Part shown: positions 39,778 to 51,293 of the stretch, piece after piece
Numbering within the stretch: the first letter of the stretch is position 1
Layout: every line of letters begins with the position of its first letter
DNA from: Paramoeba atlantica
Lineage: Eukaryota > Protista > Discosea
Length of the DNA stretch: 64,000 bases
Assembly (NCBI GenBank): GCA_977017575.1
Contig: CDRNVI010000045.1
Coordinates: 287,087-351,086 of the forward strand
Direction of reading: 5' to 3'
Translations under genes and position numbers: made by a program
The notes under the pieces: model-generated
Told to the model about the DNA's origin: nothing
Databases searched by the model: none
What the model saw: only the letters and a program-made list of their open reading frames with translations

Positions 39778-40410
39778 GCCACTGTTTTGCTGGTCACATC
39801 CAATAATTTTTTTTTTTTTTTTTTTTTTTTTTGCAATTAATAAGGGGGGAGAAGTATGAATCGCGGCATTGCCTCTATATTTTGACCCAGTAGACGAACC
39901 AAGTAGGTCCATTGGGGGGGGTATACGAGTTAAAAACAAGCAATCAAATTAGCAATTCTTTTTGTTTCCACAGATGTACCTTTTGTTTTTTCTCAGCCCA
40001 AAACTAGCAATTTAATCTCCCCTAAGTATTCCAATAAATAAGTTCCAATAATTTTTTTTTTTTTTACCACCGTATACTATCAATATTACGTACCCCACTC
40101 AGTGTTTTCGATGAGTACGGATATTTAGCAATGAAATATACATAAATGCTCCAGAATATTATTAACGCGTTGATAAATAAATGTACTTTTTTTTTTTTTT
40201 GAATTTGTTACAACTGTCCAATTACGTATCCAAAAGTCTTAATCCCGAAACTAGCAAACCAAAAACTAGCAAACCCCTACCTCCCTTCAAAACGCCAACC
40301 CCGTACCTTAAAATCCGCAGGAAATCCGGACGCTGGCCACATCCCCCCATCATAGAAAAGGGCCCCCCACCCAAGAAAACTCCCAAGAAAAGCCGCGGGT
40401 TCCACTAAGA

Positions 40411-43400
40411 CTACTCTTCGTTCCCGTACCCATTAACACAGATATCGGGGGAGGCTGCGGGGAGGCGCAGTACAAGCATACGAGCTTGTGTCCTCATGAG
40501 GGCGACGTTCAGCGTTGTCACCAGTTGATGAAGGGCTTCACCCTTCGAGAGTCCCCCGGAGTACGCTGACCGTGAAGCAGCTACCTCCTTGAGAATGGCG
40601 AAGGCACTGGGACTCCATGCCCCGTAGGTCTCCACCACCATAGCACCAAACCTGTGGCGTGCGGCTTCTGCTTCCTCTCTTTGTTTCTTTTTGTTTTCCG
40701 TCGCGTAGCGCTCCGCGAAAGACCCCGCTGCCACCCAGTTAGCGTCACGGACTAAGTCCGTATACTTTGGCTGCTGGACGTGAGTGACAGCGAAGTCTAA
40801 TACGAGAGACTGGCCTACGTCGAATGTGGAAAGAAATACGTCCGCTGGCCTGGTGAGGGTGCCTCCGGGGCCCGTATTCCCCAGACTCACTTCTCGCCGT
40901 GGGGTAAACCCGGCTTTGGCACACTCTGTTGTGAACTGTCCCGCAATGGCGTTGTGCCGTGCGATTATGCCGTGCCCGCACTTGCATACCAGTGCGTGGT
41001 CACCCTCGGGGTCAAGCGGCAACGAGCATTTCTCCAGAGGACAGGGCCGGAAAGCTGGGTAAATAGTATCCCCGAGCCACCAACGCACAAGAGTACGGAA
41101 TTCAGTCGGTGTGTAGGCTAAGCCGCTTTTCTTGGAGGGGATTACGAAAGCCCACTCCGAGGCCCCTTCTCCCGTTTCCGATGTCCATCTGGCCCTCGTT
41201 CGAAGGTCGGCACGAGCAAACGACTCCCGAAATTCGTAGGAAGCGATGGCATGACTCAGATCGCGTTGGCGAGGAATTACCAGCTCTGTGCTAGGTTCTT
41301 GTGCATCGTTATTCGAGTTAAGCGTGGTCATCGACAATGCGAGGCTTTTTGATATTAATCCGCACTGTTCGACGACTGCCGTCCCGGTGCGTTTGTTGAC
41401 CTCCCGAACAGCTTGGGTGAACCCCTCAGCGTCCTCTGGGTCCCACCGGTCTTTGTTTGATGCAAAAGCGACGGAGGCTACGTAGGCGGAACTCGCGTGT
41501 TCCTCCGCTGACCGGAGCCCCAACCCCCCGTACCGCTTTTCACGTTGCGCCTGGCGTCGGGCCCCATCGCTCAGAGGGCGAAAGAAGTGTTCAGTGGTAC
41601 GCTGGACGGCATCGTCTAGGCGTTTGCAGATATCCTGTAGTTCAGCGGTCGGAGTGGATCTGAGAGAGTACACCATTTGACAGAAACCTGTACAGTGTCG
41701 GATCAGAGACAATGCAATCTGGGGATCATCAAGCGTGGTTATGGCCTCCAACGACTCTTCGGCTAAGTCGATTGCGTTTTTGAGGAAGAACTGTCGGCAA
41801 AATTGGGTGGATCCAACCGGGCTCCCCAAAATATGGAAATTACCTTCCCCATTTTTGTTCGAACCGGGAATGTCGGGGAAAAGGGAAGAACGGTGGGAGG
41901 AAGCGGGGTGTGATATAAGCTCGCACTTTGCTACGTTGAGGTGTAATCCCCATTTTGGGCCGGTTATCGCAATCACGTCTAGAGCATGCCGTACGTCGCA
42001 AGATGGTCCTGCTAGTACCCCGTCATCCAAGAACCACATGTTGAGGTCGAGGTTTGGGGCGGCCACACGGATTTTCCATGCGACTTCTTTCATGACCAGT
42101 GAGAAAAGAAGAGGTCCAAGCGGGTCGCCTTGCTGTACCCCTTCGGAGGATTCGATGGTCCGGGAACCAAAGGTAAGAATGCTTCCCGCATTGTAGCACC
42201 ATTCCACATAGCAACCCAGTTTAGGGAAGTGGCGGCGCGCTAGGGCCGTAAAAGAATCTCGCGAAACATTATTAAATGCGTTTTTTAGATCGACTTTACA
42301 AAGTATGAAGTCGTCGTCGTCAATGTGTTCAGCGATGGTCTTCCGGCAGAGATGTATCACACGCTCTGAACCCGCAGGTGTGGCTACACCATACTGGTGT
42401 CCTTTGAAAAGTTTGCGGGCTTGTTCTTTAGCCGCGAAGCAGGCTACTTTGCTTGCCAGGCGACGAAGAGTTTCCCCTGCGGCAATAGGGCGTACGTCAC
42501 GTTCCCCTTTCTTCAGGGCGCACAACCGACCACCTGCATAGTGACCTTTGACTTCTAACGGCACTTTTCCTGCGAGCATGTGGTTGACGAACTTAGTGAG
42601 AGTGCCCAGAGGGTCGGTATAAGCGTCGTGATGATATTGCATGGCTGTCTGAAGGTGCTCGGGTCGCAGACCAAAGGCCCCACCTGAGGACCCTCGGTGA
42701 AAGGTGGAAAGAGCTTCGGCCACTTCTTCCTCAGTCGCTTTAAGTGGCTCAACGTCCCGAGCCGGAAAGCAGTCCACGTTGGAGGTGGAGAGTCTGGGTG
42801 GGTGCTTAGACAGGAGTTTCGCATAGGTCGCTTCATCGTCAGGGGCGAGAGGTTCAGAAGTCAGGGCAGTCATAGCGCGAGAAAGCTCCGAGTCGCGAAC
42901 AAGCCGTTTAGCGCGTAAAGCCGCTTTCTTGATCTCGTCGTCAATGTCTTGCGCTTGTGCTACACTTTTCTTTTTCCGTACGAGACTAGAAACCGCTTCG
43001 TTCCATAGCGCTAAGAATTCTCCATTGCGCCATCTAGCTAGACACTTCTTCACATGGGAAGCGTACGACGCTTTCGCGCGGTTCCCTCCGCGGTGGGGGG
43101 CAGGTAAAACGCACTTGGGCAACATGGCGAGAAGCGTCCACGCTTGGAGTGTGTTTTCGCAGATCGCCGTGGATATACATCCACAAAGCGTCTTGGCCCA
43201 TTCTTGTCGGCAGCGATCTGGGATGTCCTTGCAAGTATTTATTGGCAGAGCGCTCACGGAAGATAAACTCGGAAGGGGTAGATCGACCTGGGCGCTCTGA
43301 CTTTCCGTGGATTGGTCAGCTGGTGCGGAGGCCGCGCAAAGATCTGGTTGGGGGGTGTCATTGAGATGAGGATTCGCTGCAGGGATGATGTTGCTGCTCG

Positions 43401-44355
43401 GAGGGGTTGTCTGTGGGATTTGAGGTAGTGAACGGCGGGACGTGCAACTCTTCGTGTGCGTGTCCCGTTTGCCTAGGTCATAGTGTTTGTTGCACTCCTT
43501 GCAAAGAAAGCGACCTTCTTCTATCCACCACGTATCCGGGACCTGGTCCCCGTGTCTGTGGGCTATGTGGTTATAGAATGCTTGCCACTGCCCCCCGTGA
43601 GACATTGTTTTCCATGCGCATCCCTGGAAATGACACTTCCGTACGTTTACATTTTCGATGGATGCCTCTTCTCGTGTATGCCCTCTTCTCGTGGATGCCT
43701 CTTCTCGTGTAGCGTGGAGTGTCTTGGCTATGTGGTGGGGTTTCTCGGCGCCCATGGGCTCGGCGGGCCTGATTTTCGACACCTGGTGACGTTTACGTTT
43801 CCCTGGCGATGTGGTTCGGTTCCGTCCGTCGTGGAACATTTCTCCCGAGGAGCTGTCCACATGTTCTGTTACAGGAGTACATGGCCTGGAGGAGTTCAAA
43901 ATGGAGTCTGTGTTGTCCCGGTCTTCGCTGTCCACCCCGGACTCGGCACTCAGCTCGACAGTAGCCCCGAGCCTCGTACTCAACTGGGAGAGAGTGATAC
44001 CCTTCGGGCGTTTCTTCTTTTTACGTCCTCTACAACTTTTGGCCACTGAGAAATCGAGATCCGGAGGTGTAAGATCGGGAAATGCTAACTTATTTTCCTC
44101 ATAGTCGTATTCGGAGCGGCTCGACCTGAGGACCTTCCCCTTCACAGGCTGATTAGATTTTTTGAGCTGGCTGAGTGAAGATGGGTGGGTTCCTTCAAAC
44201 TGAAACTCGGAACTCTCGGTCGACGAACTCACGGCCGGGAGGATGCTAGAGAAAAGTTCTTCTTCGGTGGCTGTGTTCTGGTGCCCTGTGTTTGGCGTTT
44301 CACCTTCTACCGAGTCTTTAATGTCGCGGGCAATCTTTTCGGCACGTTCCGACAA
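40411..44355 (-). CDS. Divergent canonical CRE-clade protein: two N-terminal C2H2-type zinc fingers, RT, CCHC, RLE
   Basis: CHFQGC...HIAHRH; CKEC...HTKSC; VRPIAAGE, GVQQGDPLGP, WFLDDG; CPLEKC..DHALVC; RPADVF..LDFAV; poly(A) at about 40187-40200. Confidence 0.9.
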   Translation of the reverse strand: MSERAEKIARDIKDSVEGETPNTGHQNTATEEELFSSILPAVSSSTESSEFQFEGTHPSSLSQLKKSNQPVKGKVLRSSRSEYDYEENKLAFPDLTPPDLDFSVAKSCRGRKKKKRPKGITLSQLSTRLGATVELSAESGVDSEDRDNTDSILNSSRPCTPVTEHVDSSSGEMFHDGRNRTTSPGKRKRHQVSKIRPAEPMGAEKPHHIAKTLHATREEASTRRGHTREEASIENVNVRKCHFQGCAWKTMSHGGQWQAFYNHIAHRHGDQVPDTWWIEEGRFLCKECNKHYDLGKRDTHTKSCTSRRSLPQIPQTTPPSSNIIPAANPHLNDTPQPDLCAASAPADQSTESQSAQVDLPLPSLSSVSALPINTCKDIPDRCRQEWAKTLCGCISTAICENTLQAWTLLAMLPKCVLPAPHRGGNRAKASYASHVKKCLARWRNGEFLALWNEAVSSLVRKKKSVAQAQDIDDEIKKAALRAKRLVRDSELSRAMTALTSEPLAPDDEATYAKLLSKHPPRLSTSNVDCFPARDVEPLKATEEEVAEALSTFHRGSSGGAFGLRPEHLQTAMQYHHDAYTDPLGTLTKFVNHMLAGKVPLEVKGHYAGGRLCALKKGERDVRPIAAGETLRRLASKVACFAAKEQARKLFKGHQYGVATPAGSERVIHLCRKTIAEHIDDDDFILCKVDLKNAFNNVSRDSFTALARRHFPKLGCYVEWCYNAGSILTFGSRTIESSEGVQQGDPLGPLLFSLVMKEVAWKIRVAAPNLDLNMWFLDDGVLAGPSCDVRHALDVIAITGPKWGLHLNVAKCELISHPASSHRSSLFPDIPGSNKNGEGNFHILGSPVGSTQFCRQFFLKNAIDLAEESLEAITTLDDPQIALSLIRHCTGFCQMVYSLRSTPTAELQDICKRLDDAVQRTTEHFFRPLSDGARRQAQREKRYGGLGLRSAEEHASSAYVASVAFASNKDRWDPEDAEGFTQAVREVNKRTGTAVVEQCGLISKSLALSMTTLNSNNDAQEPSTELVIPRQRDLSHAIASYEFRESFARADLRTRARWTSETGEGASEWAFVIPSKKSGLAYTPTEFRTLVRWWLGDTIYPAFRPCPLEKCSLPLDPEGDHALVCKCGHGIIARHNAIAGQFTTECAKAGFTPRREVSLGNTGPGGTLTRPADVFLSTFDVGQSLVLDFAVTHVQQPKYTDLVRDANWVAAGSFAERYATENKKKQREEAEAARHRFGAMVVETYGAWSPSAFAILKEVAASRSAYSGGLSKGEALHQLVTTLNVALMRTQARMLVLRLPAASPDICVNGYGNEE

Positions 44356-44367
44356 TTCAGACGAGGG

Positions 44368-47231
44368 ATTTTTTTTTTTTTTTTTTTGCTTTTACAAAGG
44401 GAATCGACTCGTTCCTTCTCCTCGTTTTTCCTTCCCCCCTTCTCTCGCTTCTTTGAGAGAAAACTACAACCGCACATCTCTAACTATATATTAAAAAACG
44501 AGTGTAAGAAATCCATTCTAAAGAAATTAAAGCTAAATCTAGAAGCCATAAGTATCCTCCTCTGTACGGGGCTCCAAGAACCGACGCAACTGGCAGTTTA
44601 ACACTGCCCCATTCAATTCTTGCAAATGCAGCGCAAAGTCTCGTTCCACCGCCTGCGGATTCATGGACGATTTCTCGGCCAAAATGTGTAGTAGCTCTCT
44701 TGTGTTGGCGTGAAGTGATCCGCTTGCAAGGATGGGTAAGCACCGAAAGTTGTCCTCTCTTAATATTTTGGTCGCCACGTACTTGGTGCGTTTCCTCGTG
44801 ATCGCGTCTTGGAGTGCTTTTGCTGGCTTGGTACCGAGAATGGAAGGAGCGAGCTCGTGTACGACTGTAAGGTCATAAAAGATCTCCCCTGTGGCCCAAT
44901 ATACTACCAAATCGGGGCCCGATCGATGCAACGCGCTGCCTTTGCACGCTGTTGCATGCTCCCTCTTTCGCTCTTCGGAAATTACCTCCGAGCACCCGAG
45001 GCACGTGTACGATGAAAACTGACGGGGCTCCCGCTCGCATGGGATACCGGCCTTCATGCAAAGGTCGTAGATGTAACGAATCAGACAATTGTGCTTCGTA
45101 GTCGAATTCGTTCCGGTGCACCTGACGCATCCCGGCACGTGGGTGAGAGCGGTCTCGCCGTTGATTTCCGTTTTGCAGCCCGGGCAGAGAAAGGATGAAG
45201 GGAGCTCCGGGTGACAGATACCGAGCCTCGGCATCACTGCTAGGGTGTATTGTCGCGTCGGTATAAATCGTTCGGTCGCGTGCAGCCACGAGTAGCTTCC
45301 TTTCCGAGTAGTTGCCTGCATTATCTGCGCAGTTTTCTTGGTTTCACACAGACGCGTTTTTATCGCCTTGTGTACTGCTTTCTCCGCAGACTCTTCTTCC
45401 GGTACAGCGGCCACTGTTGAGGCATCGCACGTCGCGACTTGAGCTGAAAACTTTTTTTGCTGCTCTAAAGCTGCGTGTTGCGAAGCCTCATATGCGGCCA
45501 CTCGGATAGAGTCCGTTGAAGACAGGCCCAAACCACCCATCGACAGCGGCAAACGAGCCCACTCGACTTGATCGGATGTCAAAGGACCAAGCCATGCTTT
45601 CAGAACGTCTTCTACCTCTGAGTCAAATTCCTTCGCCATCTCTCCAGATGCCTCCGGCGCGTGCGTTCGAATCTGGTATCTTTGTCTCACATTGACGCAT
45701 TTCGACAGGATGAGGCACGAGACATTATTTGCTCCCATTCTCCGCAATCTTCTAAAAATTGTTTTATGCTTACGAAGATTCCTTAAAAGAAGATTGCTGA
45801 CCCGTTCATTTTCTCCGATGTATGCCCCTAGTGCTTTCAGGGCATCTGACTCAGAATTCACCCCGGCCATCTTTAGAGTCTCTGGAATTTCTCTACCTTC
45901 TCTCCCGCCAAACCACACACATTTTCTGTTAGCGAGTTGTACATCTCTCTCGCCCAAAAGGTCCCACAGTCTATAGAACGCTTTCGTCAAAAGATCCGCG
46001 TCGTCGGACACCAGATTTATGTCATCGATATAGGCAAAAATTTTCAGCGTTGGGTATTCAAGAGCCAATGTTGCGAGCATTGGCTGCATGAAGGTGCAGA
46101 AAAGAAAGCTGGAAAGCGGCGACCCCTGCCGCACACCTCGAGAACTACTAACCGTGCCGTGTAGCGTACCATCTTTCCCGTAGAACAACAGTTCAGATGG
46201 TTTAGAATATTGCGCATGGAAGAGACGTTGGAAAGGACGAAGCGTAGCATAAGAGTACAGAGAGTCGGCGATGTGATCGCGATACGGTGAATTGAATGCA
46301 TTGCACAGATCAATCGACAGAATTTTTTCACCCTTCATGTAGCTCTCCTGAAGTTGATGCACGATGGACTCGCATCCTGATTTTTGCGATACCCCGTATT
46401 GCCAAGGAGCAAACAAAGTGCCAAGGGATCGTTCGTATTTCTGTAGCATAACCACTTCCGCTAGCTTCAGAAACATTTCCCCAACCGCGACAGGGCGAAT
46501 ACCTCCGTCGGCTTTCGGAATAGCAACCAGCCGCGCTCTTTTAAGTCTTGTCATCACCTCGTCCGCTACCTTCCCGTTGATCACATCCAAGAGCATGTGA
46601 CATAGGGCAGAGCAACATACTTCGTCATCCAGAAGTATGCGAACGATTCCATCCGTGGTTCCAGAAGGGCCAGGAGCTGCTCCCTTAGCAAGACGTCGTC
46701 CAGCCTCTCGAAGTTCTTGTGTCGATAAAATCGCCAAAGCTGGAGCATCTGCTGGAAGGTGGAATGTGCGTTCGGAATATGGATGAAGCGTTTTCAATTT
46801 CGCGATCGTCTCCTCGTCAGACAGCTTGCGCTCGATTACCTCCTGGTCCAACACTTTTGTGGCCTTAGATGCACATCCCTCAACGACCAACCGAATCGCT
46901 TTTTTGATCGCTCGGGCGTCCGAGGCTTCCTCATCCTCCATCGCATTCTCTGCCTTTTGGAGCTCGCGTTTCGATTTCATTGGCCTTCTGCGACGTCTAC
47001 GCGTGTAGGCCTCACGAACAGCAGCTAAAGAGAACTTCATCGCCGACATCAGTCTATGCCAGATTTTGTTTCTCTGATCGTACCCACAGTCCGCATAGTC
47101 CCTGATCAATTCCCGGTAAACCGCTATGACGCACGGGACGAATTCCGATCCTATCGATTTGACAGTGGGAATTGGCTCCAAATCCAAATCACATTCCGTA
47201 TTGGTCACGCTTGGAATTAATGGATCACTTT
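44368..47231 (-). mobile_element. 5'-truncated, poly(A)-tailed near-identical copy of the 36130 element
   Basis: 44412-47231 matches 36003-38822 (2820 bp, very few differences); poly(A) at 44368-44388. Confidence 0.92.
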
Positions 47232-47959
47232 GGGGTACGAGGACACTTCCGTGAGTACTCATCGAAACGCCCACGTGTCAAAACGAAACTCATCGAAACG
47301 AAAGAAACTCATCGAAGGTGATTTTAATTACTTTTGAGGTGGTAGCTGCATTTTCGACTAAAAAACAAATACACAATACTGCGGAAGTGGCAGACATAGG
47401 TCCTCAGTGCGCGATCTCAGTGCGGAGTTAATATCCTCCACCTCTCGTGCTCTAATCTTGAGCGCCGAAAATCCCATTCTGCTCGGTTGGACCTCGAGGC
47501 ACTGGTTGGCGTAAACGTCGGGATGAATATGAAGGGTGTAGCTGTGGGGCGTGTCTTTTGGAAGTCTGTTTGTAAGACAGATTAGTATGAAGTAAAGCCC
47601 TTGAAGGGGCAAAGATATCAGAACGCTGAAAATATGGAGTAAAAAAATGCATTAGAAATCAACGGACCCTTTTTTTAAGAATAAATTATAAGAAGATATA
47701 CGTTGACAACGCCTGCGTAGCGAAAACTACGAAATTCAGTGAGCTTCGCAAATTGCTTCCCACTGACGACGAACAGGGGAATCCTACGCGGGGTACGGCT
47801 CAGGCCCGCTCACGCGGGCCCTCGCCGTTTCGCGGCCGCGCGCACCCCCGCTCACGCGGGGGCCCCCGCGCGGCCAAAATGGGTACTAAAATTTGTTATC
47901 AAGGTAGTTGGGCTTCGCAAATTGCTTCCCACGAATCTAGAGAGAAGCACACGTACAAT

Positions 47960-47998
47960 AATCTTTAACGATAAAGATACAGTTTCTGCACCTTGTTG
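47960..47998 (+). other. Spliced-leader copy, probably full length (39 nt, one mismatch)
   Basis: AATCTTTAACGATAAAGATACAGTTTCTGCACCTTGTTG, 23 nt upstream of ATG 48022. Confidence 0.82.
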
Positions 47999-48021
47999 AT
48001 TATTTACTTTTTTTACCTTTC

Positions 48022-48190
48022 ATGGGAGTGTTCACACGCTCCAAAGCAAAAGAATCAGGAGTGGCTCCTGAGATTTTGCCGCTCCCTCCTGCCCGCCGGA
48101 AAAAGAAGGCCGTGATGCCAACTCCTCCTCCGCCCGCCGTGCCAATATCCACCACCTCCGCATGGAGCGCGCGGGTCGCCAAAAAATATA
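48022..48190 (+). pseudogene. Very short 5' fragment of family-2 CRE-like ORF
   Basis: MGVFTRSKAKESGVAPEILPLPPARRKKK. Confidence 0.75.
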
Positions 48191-48832
48191 ATTTTGTCCC
48201 AGGGCTACGCTCACAGTTGGGCCTTGCTCGCAAACGGGGGCTTTTGCCTCCAGAAGTGGGCTTCGCTCAAAGTTGGGCCTTGCCTCCAGACACGTAAACT
48301 AGGTGTCATAGTATAGGAAAACAAATACACAAACCTGCGGAAGTGGCAGACACAGATTCTCAGTGTCGCCGCTTTCTTATTTTCATGTTCTCGATTTTTT
48401 TCTTGCCAAAGCAATTAAAATCACCTTCGATGAGAAGATTGACGTTTCGATGAGTCACCCTGTGACACGTAGGCACTTCGATGAGAAATCATCGAAGTGT
48501 CTCAAAAACTCACTGTAATTTCGATTCCGCATCATTGTGAATGAAAGCGAAGTAACACAAATTTAAAACCAGAATGTTATTGGTGAACTCGTGACGTAAG
48601 AAATATAAGGATACTATAAACTATTCTATTTAGGATTCGCGAAAGAATGTTACATAGTAGAAAACAAAACTAACTTGCTAAAAGAACTCACGACTGGGTG
48701 TCGGCGGCTTTTTCTTTTCAAATAGCGGAAATGTTCTAACACGTACAACAATAATGATAATAATGCCATATGTTTTCGATATAAGACGTAATCAAAATTA
48801 CTTTCTCAAGTTTACAAAGTGCCCGTGGAGCC

Positions 48833-49688
48833 GTGATATTGTGTTTAGAACTTATATACTATATTCTTGAGTTTGCGTGCAGCCGTCTAAGTATTTCTTT
48901 AGCTGCGCATAAATCCCTAATCCATTAAGCTCCTGAATCGTCAGCTTCATTTCGAGTTCGACCTGTTTCCTGTTTAGCATGGCCGCGTCTGCTAGCGAGT
49001 GTACCAAGTTCTGCGTATTGCGGTGCAAAGCGCCTCCTGCCAGTACGGGTAAACATTGAAATGAGTCTTCACGAATTAAGTTCGTACGTACATATGTGTT
49101 GGACTTTCGCTGCAGCGCGTCATTCATGAGCTGTGTGCATTTCTTTCCACGATTAGACATTGAGAGTTCGTGAATAACTGTCAGATCATAGAAGACCGCA
49201 CCCGTGTTCCAATAGATCACGAGATCGGGGCCAGACCGACAAAGTTTTTTTCCTGCACAAGTCTTCTGATGTACCAACTGGTTTTCCGGACTGATTGTAG
49301 ATCGGCAAGCGATGCACTTCCACGTAGAAAAGTTTCTAGGTTCCGTTTCACATGGGATGCCTGCTTTCACGCATAGACGATGTAAAAATCCGACAAGTGA
49401 GTTATGTTTCACGGTCGTATTTATACCTGAACATTGAGCACAGCCTGGGATATGGGTGAGGGCGTTTCGGTTATTGAGGAGAATACCGCACCCTGGACAC
49501 AATAGACTGGTAGGTAGATCTGGGTGTTGGGCATTTAGTCGTGGCATAATCGCGAGTTTGAAGAGATGGGAAGGGATGTACTTCGCGTTGGAAAGGATCC
49601 AGTCGCTGTTTCCTTTGAAGGATGTGGCTTGTAGAATGGGCTTAATGTCGGGATCCGTTTGCAACTCTTTCAATACTTCGACATGATG
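48833..49688 (-). repeat. Near-identical copy (856 bp) of the 3' end of the 55701 element
   Basis: Matches 55682-56537. Confidence 0.92.
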
Positions 49689-49689
49689 G

Positions 49690-50800
49690 ATGCAGGTGGA
49701 TCGTAGTCCACCTGCTCTGCGCACGTGATACATTTAAGGGAAACAAAGCCTCTAGGTTCAAGTTCGCATGGCACCCCTGCTTTCGTGCTTAGATCGTACA
49801 GCCGCTTGACCATGTGATGGTGTTTCATTGTTGAATTGTTTCCGGTACATTGGACGCATCCCGACACGTGCGTTATCGCATTTTTTGAGGATAGTAACAT
49901 TTGACAACCGGGACAATTTAGATGATCCGGCAAGCGGGAATGCGCAATGTCAAATCGCGGCATGATCGCTAGTGTAAAATGGCGTGGAGATACGAGTCGT
50001 GTGCTGGAAGTCAACCAGGTGTAATTACCTTTTTGGCTTGTTGCGCGGATTATTGCTGCCTTTTGCTTATCTTTCATAAGATCGCTCCGTGTTTCCTCAT
50101 GGTATAAAGCTTCCGAGACGGACTCTTCGTTCGGCAGTGTTCGTTCGGCAGTGTTTGCGTAGAAGTTTCCTCCGCGAGCGATACACATGCAAGGTTTCCT
50201 GCCAGAGCTGAAAGATGCTTTGGTCGCTCCAGTGCAGTTTGCCTTGATGCTGTGTAGGATGCTTCACGGATGTGTTCATATGCTGTGAGGCCGAGTCCTC
50301 CTTTTTTTAGTGGAAGGCGTGTCCATTTAATTTTCTTGTCGGAAAGATTACCGAACCACGTACGAAAGACGCTGGCTACCTCGTGGTCGAATTTTTGCGT
50401 AAGCTTTAATGATTCGTCTGGGTTTTGAACTCTGATGTGATAGCGATGCCGAACATTGATGGATTTTGATAACAGCAAGAGGGAAACGTTGCTCGCTCCC
50501 ATTTGTTTGAGACGGCGGAATGCTGTGCGATGTTTCTCAAGCTTCTGGACAAGTTTCTCGCTAACGCGCGCAGTCTCTCCAAGGAAAGCTCCAAGAATCT
50601 TGATAACGTCGGCTTCGGCGGTGATGCCGTGATTATTCAGACTGGACGGCATCGGTATATCGTTCTTGCCGCCAAACCAAACGCATTTTTGTGGTGCCAA
50701 CTCGATTAACCTGTCGTGCAAAAGGTCGGCTAGACGCGTATAAGCACTAGACAGAAGATGTGCCTCGGTGGAGACAAGATTAATTTTTTTTCCTTTGTTA
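49690..50800 (-). pseudogene. Frameshifted internal fragment of CRE-like element
   Basis: ORFs 50074-50850 and 49670-50188: IKILGAFLG, RLPLKKGGLGL, CPGCQ..HVSGC. Confidence 0.85.
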
Positions 50801-51293
50801 GTAATGAATAAATTTAGGTTAGATGGGTTAAAATCTAGAAGTCTACGCATGGAAATTTAGCCGAGGGGCTTATATCACATTTCTTAAAATCCACTGTTTA
50901 TTACCCCAGTCCATGTGGTGGCTATCAAAAAAAAAAAAAAAAAAAAAAATGTTTAGAATGCCTGCGAGATTTAGGATAATACGAACGATCTTTGGGAGAA
51001 GGCTCAGAAAAAAAAAAAAAAAAGATTCGATTCAAGAACTCGCTCCTCTTGTGTGCTTTTGGCTTAATGTGGTCACGACTGTATAGGAAAAGCGAGCGAC
51101 CAACGGAATGAATTCAATGAATGAGGAAGAGGGGGAATATAGGGTGTCAAAGGAGGGGATAGGAAAGAAGGAGCATCGAATTATGATTTAAGCATTCTAG
51201 AAATGCTTTTCGCTTGTGTCATGGGTTCGCTTCTCATAAATAAATAAATAAATGAATAAATAAATATTCCAGATAGACGTGTCCGCTGACTTC

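Larger units (their letters stand above)
47239..48503. mobile_element. Non-autonomous TIR element (about 90-bp imperfect TIRs) related to 9167-10240
   Basis: TIRs 47239-47329 and 48413-48503 with repeated CTCATCGAA; shares a 241-bp internal cassette (47696-47936 = 9646-9886); no TSD found. Confidence 0.75.

Noticed and set aside
39780-39939. N-terminal extension of the 1269-aa ORF, including poly-Lys
   Set aside because: It reads through a poly(A) tract and a neighbouring tail repeat; ATG 39777 is the more plausible start.
40092-40120. End of a third TIR element (GTACCCC...TTCGATGAGTAC)
   Set aside because: It shares words with 47232-47270 but in a different order, and no partner end or TSD was found.
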